Assembly (NCBI GenBank): GCA_947643405.1
Contig: CANRVY010000004.1
Span: 244 to 64,243, forward strand
Source: an uncultured Mycoplasmatota bacterium
GTDB lineage: Bacteria; Bacillota_I; Bacilli_A; RF39; UBA660
DNA: 64,000 nucleotides
Reading direction: 5' to 3'
Shown here one piece after another: positions 53,553 through 63,377 of the stretch. The notes below the pieces were generated by a model. The model was not told where the DNA came from. It made no database searches and saw only the letters and a program-made list of their open reading frames with translations. A program made the position numbers and the translations under genes. Numbering within the stretch: position 1 is the first letter of the stretch; every line of letters begins with the position of its first letter.

Positions 53553-53981
53553 TTATCCTTCGATTTTAACGCCCATGTTGATGGCAGTACCTTCAACAAT
53601 TTTAATTGCTTCTTCTACTGAATAACAATTAAGGTCTGGCAATTTAATCTCAGCAATTTCTTTAATTTGACTGTTTGTTAATGTTGCAACAGTTTCTTTA
53701 GATCCTTTTGCAGAACCTGATTTTAATTTTGCATACTTTTTAATCAAGAAAGCTGCTGGTGGAGTCTTAATTACAAAATCAAATGTTCTATCTTCATAAA
53801 TAGAAATTTCGACTGGTAAAATATCTCCCATTTTGTCTCTTGTTGCATCATTATATTTTGTACAGAATTCCTGTAAATTAATTCCAGCTGGTCCTAATAC
53901 AGTTCCTACTGGTGGAGCTGGAGTAGCTTTCCCTGCTGGGATTTGTAATTTAACAACTTTTGTTACGTTCTTTTTTGCCAC
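53553..53981 (-). CDS. rplK: 50S ribosomal protein L11
   Basis: [16 protein letters not shown]; GTG start at 53981 after GGAGGTG. Confidence 0.98.
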   Translation of the reverse strand: MAKKNVTKVVKLQIPAGKATPAPPVGTVLGPAGINLQEFCTKYNDATRDKMGDILPVEISIYEDRTFDFVIKTPPAAFLIKKYAKLKSGSAKGSKETVATLTNSQIKEIAEIKLPDLNCYSVEEAIKIVEGTAINMGVKIEG

Positions 53982-54008
53982 GAAAAACACCTCCTATATT
54001 TTTTTCGC

Positions 54009-54047
54009 GAGTGGTCATAATGATATCCGCATTTTAATCTCCCACTT
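54009..54047 (-). promoter_or_regulatory. Second L1-binding-type site before rplK
   Basis: AGTGGGAG...GACCACT hairpin. Confidence 0.6.
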
Positions 54048-54112
54048 AACTCATCTATATGAATAAATCAATATAGCCATTCCATAATAACACAATTTTA
54101 CTTTTTTGTAAA

Positions 54113-54652
54113 CTATGCTTGCTCAATTTCTGATAGTTCTAATTCAACAATTGTTTCTTGTCCAAATAAGTCTAAAGCTACTTCGATTGTACCATTTCCT
54201 GTTTCTAAGTTCTTTACTTTTCCATACATATTGGCAAATGGTCCACCAATAACTTTAATACTATCTTCAATTTTAAGACCTTCTCCTATTTCAATACGAC
54301 TCATACCCATACTATTTAAAATGTTATCAACTTCTGCTGGGGTAAGTGGAAATGGTTTAGCACCTTTTCCAGAAGAACCAATAAATCCAGTTACTCCTGG
54401 AGTATTTCTGACAATAAACCAAGCTTCGTCTGTCATAATCATTTCTACCAAGATATACCCTGGAAACATTTTCTTTTGTTTGGCTTTTTCTACACCTGTT
54501 TTTTTATCTTTTTCTATCACTGTTTCTTCTGGAACTACAACTCTAAAAATATAGTCTTCAAGTCCCATAGAACTTGCGCGCATCTCTAATTTTTCTTTTA
54601 CTTTATTCTCGTGTCCCGAATAAGTATTAACAACATACCATTCTTTTTGCAT
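54113..54652 (-). CDS. nusG: Transcription termination/antitermination factor NusG
   Basis: WYVVNTYSGHE, FPGYILVEM, RNTPGVTGF. Confidence 0.98.
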   Translation of the reverse strand: MQKEWYVVNTYSGHENKVKEKLEMRASSMGLEDYIFRVVVPEETVIEKDKKTGVEKAKQKKMFPGYILVEMIMTDEAWFIVRNTPGVTGFIGSSGKGAKPFPLTPAEVDNILNSMGMSRIEIGEGLKIEDSIKVIGGPFANMYGKVKNLETGNGTIEVALDLFGQETIVELELSEIEQA

Positions 54653-54831
54653 TAGCTAAAAATCGTCCTTAAGCTTGCAAATATGAAATCTGTTAATCCA
54701 AAAAATAATCCGAATACAAGAATAAATGAGATTGTTGCAATAGAATATGTAAGCATTTCTTTCTTATTAGGCCATCTTACTTTGCCCATTTCCTTTTTGA
54801 CACCAATGAAAAATCTAGCTATTTTTTTCAT
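54652..54831 (-). CDS. secE: Preprotein translocase subunit SecE (59 aa, absent from ORF track)
   Basis: MKKIARFFIGVKKEMGKVRWPNKKEM plus a TM segment; directly upstream of nusG. Confidence 0.93.
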   Translation of the reverse strand: MKKIARFFIGVKKEMGKVRWPNKKEMLTYSIATISFILVFGLFFGLTDFIFASLRTIFS

Positions 54832-54931
54832 ATTTTCACCTACTTTTTAATTTTATGTTTTTTTCCATTAAAAAAACACTCTTTGTGTCTATAAATAGAA
54901 TAACAAAGAAATGTTTTATTGTCAATATATT

Positions 54932-56188
54932 TTAATATTTTCTAAAGCGATTTGAGAAAGAACCTCCAGTTGGTGGCGCATTTAATAAAATTCTTGGATT
55001 GAACATATTTGGTTCGAATTTAGTATACCAATCTCTAAATTGATAATCTGTTCCATAATGTCCATTTGCAATTGTAAAGTGTAAATGCTGTCCTGTTGAA
55101 CATCTATCCCAAGTTTCTCTAGCTGGATTTCCTCCCATTGTAGCAATTTGTGTATCCATTGTTACAATCTGATTCATTTCAACCATAATTGTTCTCAAAT
55201 GTAAATACATTGTAGTATATTTTTTCCCATTAATATTATGAATAATCATAATTTCATTTCCACCACATTCCCAATGACGAACAATTCCAACTACTCTTCC
55301 AGGAGCCGCTGCGTAAATTGGAACCGCATCTCCTGATTGAGTCATGTCAAGTCCTCCATGGAAATCACAAGTATATTGTCCATTCAACCAATAACAACGG
55401 CTTCCAAATTCACTTGTAATTCTTCCACTTATAATCGGCCGGTAAAACGCTGTTCCGGGTGGCAAAATTTGTGTCCTATTTGTACAAGCCTCAATAGTTT
55501 CATTTTCTCCGCATCCCATTTTCTCATAAAATGCGATGTTTTCCTTTTCTAATTTAATTGCAGATTCTTTGGACATACCAAGCTCTGAAGTACTTTTAAG
55601 TTCTTCTCCTAATTTTTCTTTTTGTTTAGCCAACTCTATTTGTGTGCTTTTTAAGCTTTCTTGTTTTTCTTCTATTTCTTTTTTCTTCTTTTTGTTATTT
55701 TCAATCAGTGTATTATATTCATCTACTAGCTCTTCATTATAAGAAGATAATTGCTCAGAAATTGCCATTCGATAAATAAAGTCAGTGAAATCTTTTGCAC
55801 CAAAAGCATATTCCAAATAGGCAGACTCTCCACTTGCGATTTGTAAAAAGTTTACAATTTCTTTGATTTCTTTATCCTTCGCTTCTATATCTTTTTCTGC
55901 TTGAGTAATTTCACCTTGTAATTCTATCATTTCATCACTCAAACGATTAATCGTATTCGTATTTTCAGTTATTGAATCAGTAATTCGGTTAATCTCCTCT
56001 TGAGTCAATCTTTCCTTTTCTTTATTTTCTTCAAGTTCCCTTTCATAATCCGCTAGGGATTGACGCATGTCAGCTAGCGTTTGCGAACCTTCAACCGCAC
56101 TCGCTTGGATACTAGGGAAAAATAGCCCTGGTAATATAATTGCTAATACTAAAGTGATATTACATATTTTTTCAAATTTTTTCAACAT
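54932..56188 (-). CDS. Secreted coiled-coil + M23 peptidase (PcsB/EnvC-like murein hydrolase)
   Basis: Signal peptide, long coiled coil, HGGLD, YLHL, STGQHLHF. Confidence 0.9.
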   Translation of the reverse strand: MLKKFEKICNITLVLAIILPGLFFPSIQASAVEGSQTLADMRQSLADYERELEENKEKERLTQEEINRITDSITENTNTINRLSDEMIELQGEITQAEKDIEAKDKEIKEIVNFLQIASGESAYLEYAFGAKDFTDFIYRMAISEQLSSYNEELVDEYNTLIENNKKKKKEIEEKQESLKSTQIELAKQKEKLGEELKSTSELGMSKESAIKLEKENIAFYEKMGCGENETIEACTNRTQILPPGTAFYRPIISGRITSEFGSRCYWLNGQYTCDFHGGLDMTQSGDAVPIYAAAPGRVVGIVRHWECGGNEIMIIHNINGKKYTTMYLHLRTIMVEMNQIVTMDTQIATMGGNPARETWDRCSTGQHLHFTIANGHYGTDYQFRDWYTKFEPNMFNPRILLNAPPTGGSFSNRFRKY

Positions 56189-56196
56189 CTTTTCAC

Positions 56197-56835
56197 CTAC
56201 TCTTCTCTTAAGGCTTTTCTGATTCCTTTATAGTTTGGACAGTATTTTGATACCAGTGCCCAAAAATCTCTAGAATGATTAAAATGTCTAAAGTGGGACA
56301 ATTCATGGATGATTACATAATCTAGTTTAGTACTATCATATTCCATAAGTCTACTATTTAATGTAACAGAATTATCTTTGATATTACAAACTCCCCACCT
56401 TGTTTTCATCGTTCTAATTTTTAATTTTGGCTTAGGAATAGATTCTTCAAATTGTTCATACCAAAACATCAAATGTTCTTCAAATAATTTCTTCATTTCT
56501 GATTTGTACCACAAGGCCAATTTTCTTTTGGTTGGAGTAAATATTTTATTTCCAGAAATTTCTATACTATCTATTCCAGACACAATAATTATATCATACT
56601 TTGTTCCTAAAATATAAAAGTTCTCTTTTTTATCATCTTCTTTTTGACATTTTATTATCATCTTTTTTAAAGCCTCGACGTTTTCTTTTAATAACGTTTC
56701 GATTTGCCTTTCTGATACCCATCTATTTGTAGTAACAGATATAATTTTTCCACTTTTTACCCGAATATAAGTATTCTTATTTTTTTTTCTAATAATCTCT
56801 ACAGGATATATATTTTCCTCTATTTTGAACTCCAT
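56197..56835 (-). CDS. YgjP/SprT-like (DUF45) metal-dependent hydrolase
   Basis: MKTRWGVC, YVIIHELSH, NHSRDFW. Confidence 0.9.
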   Translation of the reverse strand: MEFKIEENIYPVEIIRKKNKNTYIRVKSGKIISVTTNRWVSERQIETLLKENVEALKKMIIKCQKEDDKKENFYILGTKYDIIIVSGIDSIEISGNKIFTPTKRKLALWYKSEMKKLFEEHLMFWYEQFEESIPKPKLKIRTMKTRWGVCNIKDNSVTLNSRLMEYDSTKLDYVIIHELSHFRHFNHSRDFWALVSKYCPNYKGIRKALREE

Positions 56836-57731
56836 ATATTTGTAAAACTCCTGTTTCCATTTAAATAAGCATGACGATAACATTTCATTAATGTTTGATG
56901 CAAAGTATTCGCAAATGCAATACTTTTATCATCTGATTTATATTGATAAAGAGCATTCATTTTTTTTAATACAATCGCACTCATTGTAAAATCATGAATT
57001 TCTTTTGATTCAGGGAACTCTTTTAGATGGTCCAAATAATTTCCAAATGCCATCCATTTTTCATATTCTTCACTATACTGTTCTGTTCTTCGGTATAAGA
57101 TTGAAAAAAAGAATGGCAAAAATAGAATTGGTAAAACGGTACTATATCCAGTAAATAAATGATATCCGCCTATAAAATTAACAATCAATAATAATATTCC
57201 AAAATTTTTTGCTAGTTTTACCATTGCATAACCTTTTTTTTCATCAAAAAATCTTTTTTTAGAGGATTCACGACGTAACACATTTTTCCACAAATCAAAT
57301 TGAAATAAAAATTCTGAATCACCTTTTTTAGTTCCACAAAATATAGCCATTTCTTTCAAAGAAAATTCGCCCATCTTTCCAATATTCATTAAAAAATCTT
57401 TAATAACAGTCTCTGAACGAGTAAGTTTTATCCTACCTGGCGCATTCACAATTTTAAAGTGATAATCATCTTCATAAAACTTTAATTCCAAAGCTCCTTT
57501 TTTTATCAAACTTAATATTACAGTCGTAAAAACTTGCGGTTCAATCTTACGATATAATAAAATTGATAGTTCTCCTGCATCCAAATCACTTGGAAGTTCT
57601 TCATAATATTTCTGACTTATTTTATTTGGATATGGCTTATAATTATGATTGTATAAATAAATAATTAAAGTCATTGCTCCAATATACCATATAATTAATA
57701 AAAAATAATAGAGAAAAGTTAAAATTTCCAT
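56820..57731 (-). CDS. DUF2207-like membrane protein (C-terminal type)
   Basis: YYEELP, ILSLIKKG, KWMAFGNYL; TM segments. Confidence 0.65.
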   Translation of the reverse strand: MEILTFLYYFLLIIWYIGAMTLIIYLYNHNYKPYPNKISQKYYEELPSDLDAGELSILLYRKIEPQVFTTVILSLIKKGALELKFYEDDYHFKIVNAPGRIKLTRSETVIKDFLMNIGKMGEFSLKEMAIFCGTKKGDSEFLFQFDLWKNVLRRESSKKRFFDEKKGYAMVKLAKNFGILLLIVNFIGGYHLFTGYSTVLPILFLPFFFSILYRRTEQYSEEYEKWMAFGNYLDHLKEFPESKEIHDFTMSAIVLKKMNALYQYKSDDKSIAFANTLHQTLMKCYRHAYLNGNRSFTNIWSSK

Positions 57732-57745
57732 TGTTTCACTTCCTT

Positions 57746-58237
57746 TTATTCAAATTCTATCACATGTTTTATATCGTTGTCATCATTTTGGATTAATTTT
57801 AAAGTTGAGGATGGTTTAATTGTAATATCTGATAATTTGTTTAGTTCTATCCATTCAAACATTTGACTATTATTATCTTTACAAACAAACTTTTCGTCAT
57901 TGATTTTACCATCATATATTGTCTTATAACAAAAACAATATTGCATTATGTTCGTATTTTTAAGTTTTAAAAAGTTTTCTTGAATAGAACAAAGTTTAAA
58001 TTCCAAATTAAGTTCAAGTTCTTCTAAAATTTCCCTTTTTATCGCATCTAAACTACTCTCATTCATTTCTATTCTTCCACCAGGTAACATATAAAAGTCT
58101 CTATCTTGTATCTTAAATAATAACACTTTTGTTTTATCTTTATTATATATGATAGATGAAACCCTTGCATTAAATCTATTATTATCTATTGTATAATCTA
58201 AATCCATTTGAATTTCTTTTAAATTATACTTCCCCAT
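57746..58237 (-). CDS. Nudix hydrolase
   Basis: LPGGRIEMNESSLDAIKREILEEL. Confidence 0.9.
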   Translation of the reverse strand: MGKYNLKEIQMDLDYTIDNNRFNARVSSIIYNKDKTKVLLFKIQDRDFYMLPGGRIEMNESSLDAIKREILEELELNLEFKLCSIQENFLKLKNTNIMQYCFCYKTIYDGKINDEKFVCKDNNSQMFEWIELNKLSDITIKPSSTLKLIQNDDNDIKHVIEFE

Positions 58238-58690
58238 TATTATCCCTCTTGCTTTCTTCTAAATACTTATTATAAAATTCATCCATGGAAGAAATATATT
58301 TTTGGTCTTGAATAATTCTATATTTTTCATATTCACTTTCTGCTTTTTCAATCGCCTCTTTATGACTAATGTTTCCCGAATGATTTAAAATTTTTTTCTT
58401 CTAAATTTTAATAAATCATCTGTTGCATTAATCCAATCTTGCATTGTCATAATATGTCTTTCTTTGGCTTCATCTTCAGCAAATCCTAAAAACATATTTG
58501 TTAAATCATTTATCTTATTTAGTTCTTCCTCATTCAAATAATTTTTAGCAATAGATACATCATATTTATTTATATATTAACCCATCAGGACTATTCTTCC
58601 AATTCGTAAGTCCCATGTGTCCATGATTACTGTTCGCTCTTTCATAAATAAGTTCTGAGGCAGTATGACCAGTTAATGAATACAAATGAC
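58224..58690 (-). pseudogene. C-terminal fragment of RhuM-family gene (stops/frameshifts)
   Basis: TGHTASELIYERAN...MGLTNWKNSPDG / DVSIAKNYLNEEEL / MTMQDWI / GNISHKEAIEKAESEYEKY; no start. Confidence 0.8.
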
Positions 58691-58691
58691 A

Positions 58692-59663
58692 TTATTTATC
58701 TAATTCTTTCATTTCTATATTCATAATTTCTAAATAATCTTTTTCAGCACGGGTTAAATGATTTCTCATATATTTATCATACTCTTCATGAGCTTTTTTT
58801 AGCGCTATTCCATGAGATATTGAGCCTTTAGACTCTAAAATATCATTATGAGTCATAGTTAAAAAACTATCTAATTCTTTTATCCAATCTTGCATGGTCA
58901 TTGCTTTTCTTTTCAAAGCATTAATTTCGGCAATATCTAAATAGGCTGAAACTAATCTATTTAATATTTCAAGTTCATCTAATGTTAAATAATTCTTTGC
59001 TATTTCTGTTTCAGACTTTGTAGGTATATCTCCTTTAAAATTAGTAAGTCCAATATTATTTTTATTACTATCAACTCTGTTAAATATAATTTCTGCTGCT
59101 GTTTTTTTTGAAACCGCAAAGTGCATCTTGTTTTGTACAGTTTTGAAAAAATCTATCGTAATTTTCTTTTTGGGATTATAATCAATACTTGTTGAATATA
59201 TATCAAGTATTTTTCTCCAAAAAACTTTTTCACTTGATCTTATATCTCTAATTTTATCAAGCAATTCTTCAAAATAAGGATCATTCCCATTATTTTTAAA
59301 ACGTTCAACATTTATATTATATCCTTTTACTAAATATTCTTTTAATATAGTATTTGCCCAAATTCTAAACTGTGTCCCACGATTTGATTTTACACGATAC
59401 CCAATTGCAATTATCATTTCAAGATTATAAAAATTAGTTGGTTTTGTAGAAAATTCGGAATTACCGAATTTTCTCATTGTATCTTTTTTTTTTAATTCCT
59501 GTTCAGCATAAATGTTCTTTATATGTTCATTAATTGTTGACTTTGCTTTATTATATAGTTTACTTATTTGTTCTTGTGTCAACCAAATATTTTCATTTTC
59601 CAAAACAACTTCAACTTTAATAGCATCATTAGTTTCATAAATCAAAAAATTAGTATCTTTCAA
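58692..59663 (-). CDS. Virulence RhuM family DNA-binding protein
   Basis: IWLTQEQI, YNLEMIIAIGYRVKS, FRIWA, IRDIRSSEK, VQNKMHFA, IAKNYL. Confidence 0.92.
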   Translation of the reverse strand: MKDTNFLIYETNDAIKVEVVLENENIWLTQEQISKLYNKAKSTINEHIKNIYAEQELKKKDTMRKFGNSEFSTKPTNFYNLEMIIAIGYRVKSNRGTQFRIWANTILKEYLVKGYNINVERFKNNGNDPYFEELLDKIRDIRSSEKVFWRKILDIYSTSIDYNPKKKITIDFFKTVQNKMHFAVSKKTAAEIIFNRVDSNKNNIGLTNFKGDIPTKSETEIAKNYLTLDELEILNRLVSAYLDIAEINALKRKAMTMQDWIKELDSFLTMTHNDILESKGSISHGIALKKAHEEYDKYMRNHLTRAEKDYLEIMNIEMKELDK

Positions 59664-59700
59664 TATAAATTCCTCCTTACAACTTTAGTTTATTAAATAC

Positions 59701-59722
59701 TGATATTGGTAAACCAATATCA
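59701..59722. repeat. Perfect inverted repeat TGATATTGGT-AA-ACCAATATCA upstream of the RhuM gene
   Basis: 10-bp perfect arms, 2-nt centre, about 38 nt upstream of the start codon. Confidence 0.9.
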
Positions 59723-59790
59723 TAGTGTGTTATTACTAACTTGACAAAAGAATTATTTTTTTATATTATTCCCAAAGATATCAGCATAAT

Positions 59791-60273
59791 TTAAATATAA
59801 TATTCCATATCTTTAACTTCAAATGTATATTTTTTGTTAGCTAAATTTATTGCATCATCTATTAATTGATTACCCGCTAAATCTTGATAATTTAAATATT
59901 TTTTTACATTGATTTGTTTTACCATAAATCTTCTATATATTTTTCCATTATCAATATCAGGTTTAATATCACCAATATTTTTTATCTTTGCAATCATTCT
60001 AACTTGTGCATATTTTTTTTGCTCTTCTTCTACTAATAAATAACCTAAATAGTGAAGATCCTCTAATTCTATATTTAATTCTTCTAAATATTCTCTTTTT
60101 AATGTATCAGAAAAATCATTATCATCAATTTCTGGTCTGCCTCCAGTTAGCTTGTATTTATCGTTTTCAACTCGTAAAATGACATTTCCTTCAGAAGAGA
60201 AAACAATTCCATATACTTGTTTTACTAAAATTTTTTTTGGTACTGCTTCTTTAACCCATGTATATTTAGCCAT
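59791..60273 (-). CDS. Nudix hydrolase
   Basis: LTGGRPE...TLKREYLEELN. Confidence 0.85.
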   Translation of the reverse strand: MAKYTWVKEAVPKKILVKQVYGIVFSSEGNVILRVENDKYKLTGGRPEIDDNDFSDTLKREYLEELNIELEDLHYLGYLLVEEEQKKYAQVRMIAKIKNIGDIKPDIDNGKIYRRFMVKQINVKKYLNYQDLAGNQLIDDAINLANKKYTFEVKDMEYYI

Positions 60274-60351
60274 AAAACCACTCCTATTCTACTTATTGTC
60301 ATAAGTGATATTCTATTATTTTTCTTTCAACTTTTCTACTTGATTTTGATG

Positions 60352-60975
60352 TCAAATGTATGCAGTATTACCAGATATTGCAAAATGAAGTTTATTTTGC
60401 ACAATTTTAAAGAAAGTATAAGCTGTTTCAGATTTAGGATTATAATCCGTTGATGTTACAATAAATAAATCTGTTATTTTTTGATATGACATTCTTTCAC
60501 TTACCCTAATTGTTTTAATTCTTTCAAGTAATTCATCAAAGTATTTCATATCATATTTATTGCCTTTTATAAATCTTTCATCATTTAAAACAAAGCCTTT
60601 AGTCATATATTCTTTTAGTATTTTAGTTGCCCATATTCTAAATTCTGTTGCTTTTTTAGAATTAATTCTGTATCCAACAGCAATTATGGCATCAAGATTA
60701 TACATATTAATTTCTGTTGTTTGCGTTTTTCCTTCTATGGCACCATGGATAGTGGTATTTTCCATTTTGGAAATAACCATATTTGCTTCTAGCTCTTTTT
60801 CATCAAATATATTTTTTAAATGTTTCGATATGGCAGAGATACCAACTTCAAACACTTTTGACATTCCTTTTTGAGATAGCCATAATGTTTCATCTTTATA
60901 TATTGCATCAACAATAATATTTCCCTCTTTATTTTTATAAATTAATAAATTATCTTTCTCTTCTAAATTGTTCAT
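60352..60975 (-). pseudogene. RhuM-family gene, N-terminal two-thirds only (truncated)
   Basis: WLSQKGM, YNLDAIIAVGYRINS, FRIWAT, VQNKLHFAISGNTA then immediate stop. Confidence 0.82.
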
Positions 60976-61195
60976 TTTTCACCTCTTTTTCTTTTGTTTT
61001 CATCAAACATATAAAAATTTATTTCTAACAAATCGTCATTTTATGAAGTTCCAGCTATGGTTACCTTTATATCTCCATGTCCAAATTGATATTTGTAGAA
61101 TCTTGTCGATTGTTATTTATGGCTTCCTTATCTTCCCTTTCATTTTAGCATACTTTCTTAAAAGAAAAAAGATGATTTCACACCTTTTCTCATAA

Positions 61196-61645
61196 CTATT
61201 TTAGTTTTTTATTGATTTCATGCAAGGTTTTCAAAACATAAGCAAGCCATTTTAAGAAGACTTCTGTTAAGTAACCTATTAGTAGTAAGAAAATCACAAA
61301 AATGATTGCAGGTATCAAAAAAAGTGGTTCCTCTTCTGAAATTGCAAGAATCAAATATGATACTCCAGTAATCATCGCACTTACTATAAATAATATTCTA
61401 ACAAATGTTCCATATCCAAGTAAAAAATTATAATTTTTTCTAATTCCAATTGTATCATCTCTTTGAAATGCACGTTTCATCGCTTCTTCTTTGAGTTGTT
61501 TTCGAGCTTCTTTTTCAAGTCGCATCGCTTCCTCATAAGAATCATCTACTTCGTAATCATCATCTTCATCCCAATCGTCATCTTCTAATTCTGTTTCTTC
61601 TAACTCTTCTATTTCTTCTTGTACTATTTCTTTTTTCTTTGCCAT
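61196..61645 (-). CDS. Hypothetical membrane protein with acidic N-terminus
   Basis: D/E-rich stretch, two TM helices; GGAGG RBS before MAKKKE. Confidence 0.65.
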   Translation of the reverse strand: MAKKKEIVQEEIEELEETELEDDDWDEDDDYEVDDSYEEAMRLEKEARKQLKEEAMKRAFQRDDTIGIRKNYNFLLGYGTFVRILFIVSAMITGVSYLILAISEEEPLFLIPAIIFVIFLLLIGYLTEVFLKWLAYVLKTLHEINKKLK

Positions 61646-61713
61646 TCTTGTACCTCCCAATTATGATTTCATTATATCATACCCAAAAGAAAAGAAGCAA
61701 CTTTTTTGCCTCT

Positions 61714-63198
61714 TTAAATAAACAATGTAGAAATAATTAATACAAGCATAATGACTACAAAAATGCTTAATAAGAATTTCCAAATATATTTTAACCAATC
61801 TTTATAAGATACTTCCAAATAGCTTAATCCTGATATCAAAATTACACTAGATGGGAACACCATCATTGCAAGTCCATACATTGATTGCAGTGCAAGTCCT
61901 ACAACTGGTAGAGTTGCTGCATCATATTTGCTTGCTAATAAAGGTCTTGTCTCCCCTACTAAGTAATAGAAATCATTATAGAAGAATCCTCCTATAAAAG
62001 ATAAAACTGATGTAATAAAGAAGTTGAATGATTTGGTTAAATTTAATAAATAGTTAGTAATTGTTGCAAACATATTTCCTGATTGATTTGTTAAAATAAC
62101 AGCGAAGAAAATACTACAAATACTTGCATAGAATGCAACTTTTGTCATTCTTTTCGCACCTTTAAAGAATCCATCTAAAATTTCATCAAATTTTAAACTG
62201 TAAATCCATCCAATCAATAAACTAGAAATAATTAATACAACAGTTAATTCGTAATATGACCAATATCCAAATTGAGATAATCCCCCAAGTAAATTTGAAA
62301 CCAAAGGATAATCTCCAATTTTGATTTCCATAAGTGAAGTATAAATGTCTTGGAAGAAAGTAACTTTTAGTCCATAAAACCAATTAAACATCATTACCAA
62401 TGATAAAACGATCGCTAGTAAAAGAATTGTAATCATAGGTGCTACACTTTTATTATTCTGATATTTCTCTTGGAAAAATAAAATTTTTGATTCTTCCTTT
62501 TCTTCTTTTGCAATCACTTCTTCTTTTTTCTTAGAAGTTTTTGTTTCTTTCTTTTCTACTTTCTTTTCTTTTTTCTTTGCCATTGCCAAATCAACTCTTG
62601 CATATTTTGTTACAAAAAGAATTAATAAGGTTACAAGCATAACAAGTAGAATAATTTTTGTAAACATTAAATTGTTCACATCTAGTTCTAGATAAGTATT
62701 AATATATCCACTTACATTAAACCCATAAGTACTTCCAGTTAATCCTACTAGAATTGCTCCTACTGTTGCAGCTAATGCTGTTGTTTTTCTCATTCCCATA
62801 ACAAGGATAACCGTGATAAAGAATGGTACTAATATAAATAATGGAAAACTTAAAGCTGTTAAAGATGCTAAAAGCGCAAATCCACCAATTACAAGTGATA
62901 GAAATAATGTCTCATTTCCTTTCCAATAATTTGCAACTCGTTTTACAAAAGGAACATAAGCACCTGTTCTATTTAATACTCCATAAAGACCACCAATCCC
63001 TAAAAATACAAGTCCATATTGTAAAAAAGTTCCAATCGTTAATAATGGTAAACGAAACAAATGGAAGATTCCTACTGGACTAGTTGTCCCTTCTACATAA
63101 GTACCACTTGTCGATGTTCCAACTGGAATAATCCAACTAAGTGCAACTAACACTACAAAGAAAATCGCAAGTGTTTTCAATAAGTTATGTTTTTTCAT
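61714..63198 (-). CDS. YfcC/C4-dicarboxylate anaerobic carrier family membrane protein
   Basis: LSWIIP.G, GGLYGVLNRTGA, PSSVIL..LSYLEVSYKDWLKYIWK. Confidence 0.8.
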   Translation of the reverse strand: MKKHNLLKTLAIFFVVLVALSWIIPVGTSTSGTYVEGTTSPVGIFHLFRLPLLTIGTFLQYGLVFLGIGGLYGVLNRTGAYVPFVKRVANYWKGNETLFLSLVIGGFALLASLTALSFPLFILVPFFITVILVMGMRKTTALAATVGAILVGLTGSTYGFNVSGYINTYLELDVNNLMFTKIILLVMLVTLLILFVTKYARVDLAMAKKKEKKVEKKETKTSKKKEEVIAKEEKEESKILFFQEKYQNNKSVAPMITILLLAIVLSLVMMFNWFYGLKVTFFQDIYTSLMEIKIGDYPLVSNLLGGLSQFGYWSYYELTVVLIISSLLIGWIYSLKFDEILDGFFKGAKRMTKVAFYASICSIFFAVILTNQSGNMFATITNYLLNLTKSFNFFITSVLSFIGGFFYNDFYYLVGETRPLLASKYDAATLPVVGLALQSMYGLAMMVFPSSVILISGLSYLEVSYKDWLKYIWKFLLSIFVVIMLVLIISTLFI

Positions 63199-63290
63199 TT
63201 TTTTAACCTCCACGTACATTATATCAAAATCATAGAAAATAGAAAAGTTTTTGGAAATTTTTTATCATTTTTTCAAAATTTTTTCACATC

Positions 63291-63321
63291 ATTGACAAAA
63301 TAGTGTCAATTTCTTTATAAT
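63291..63321 (+). promoter_or_regulatory. Sigma70 promoter with palindrome ATTGACA-6-TGTCAAT
   Basis: TTGACA 63292-63297, TATAAT 63316-63321; inverted repeat 63291-63310. Confidence 0.6.
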
Positions 63322-63377
63322 AAATAAAACGAACTATCATATGATTATATTAGAAGTTCTTGGAAAGGTATTGTTAT

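Noticed and set aside
61020-61150. Slightly GC-richer intergenic stretch with a short open frame (RFYKYQFGHGDIKVTIAGTS)
   Set aside because: No start/RBS or convincing structure; likely a gene remnant at the island edge.
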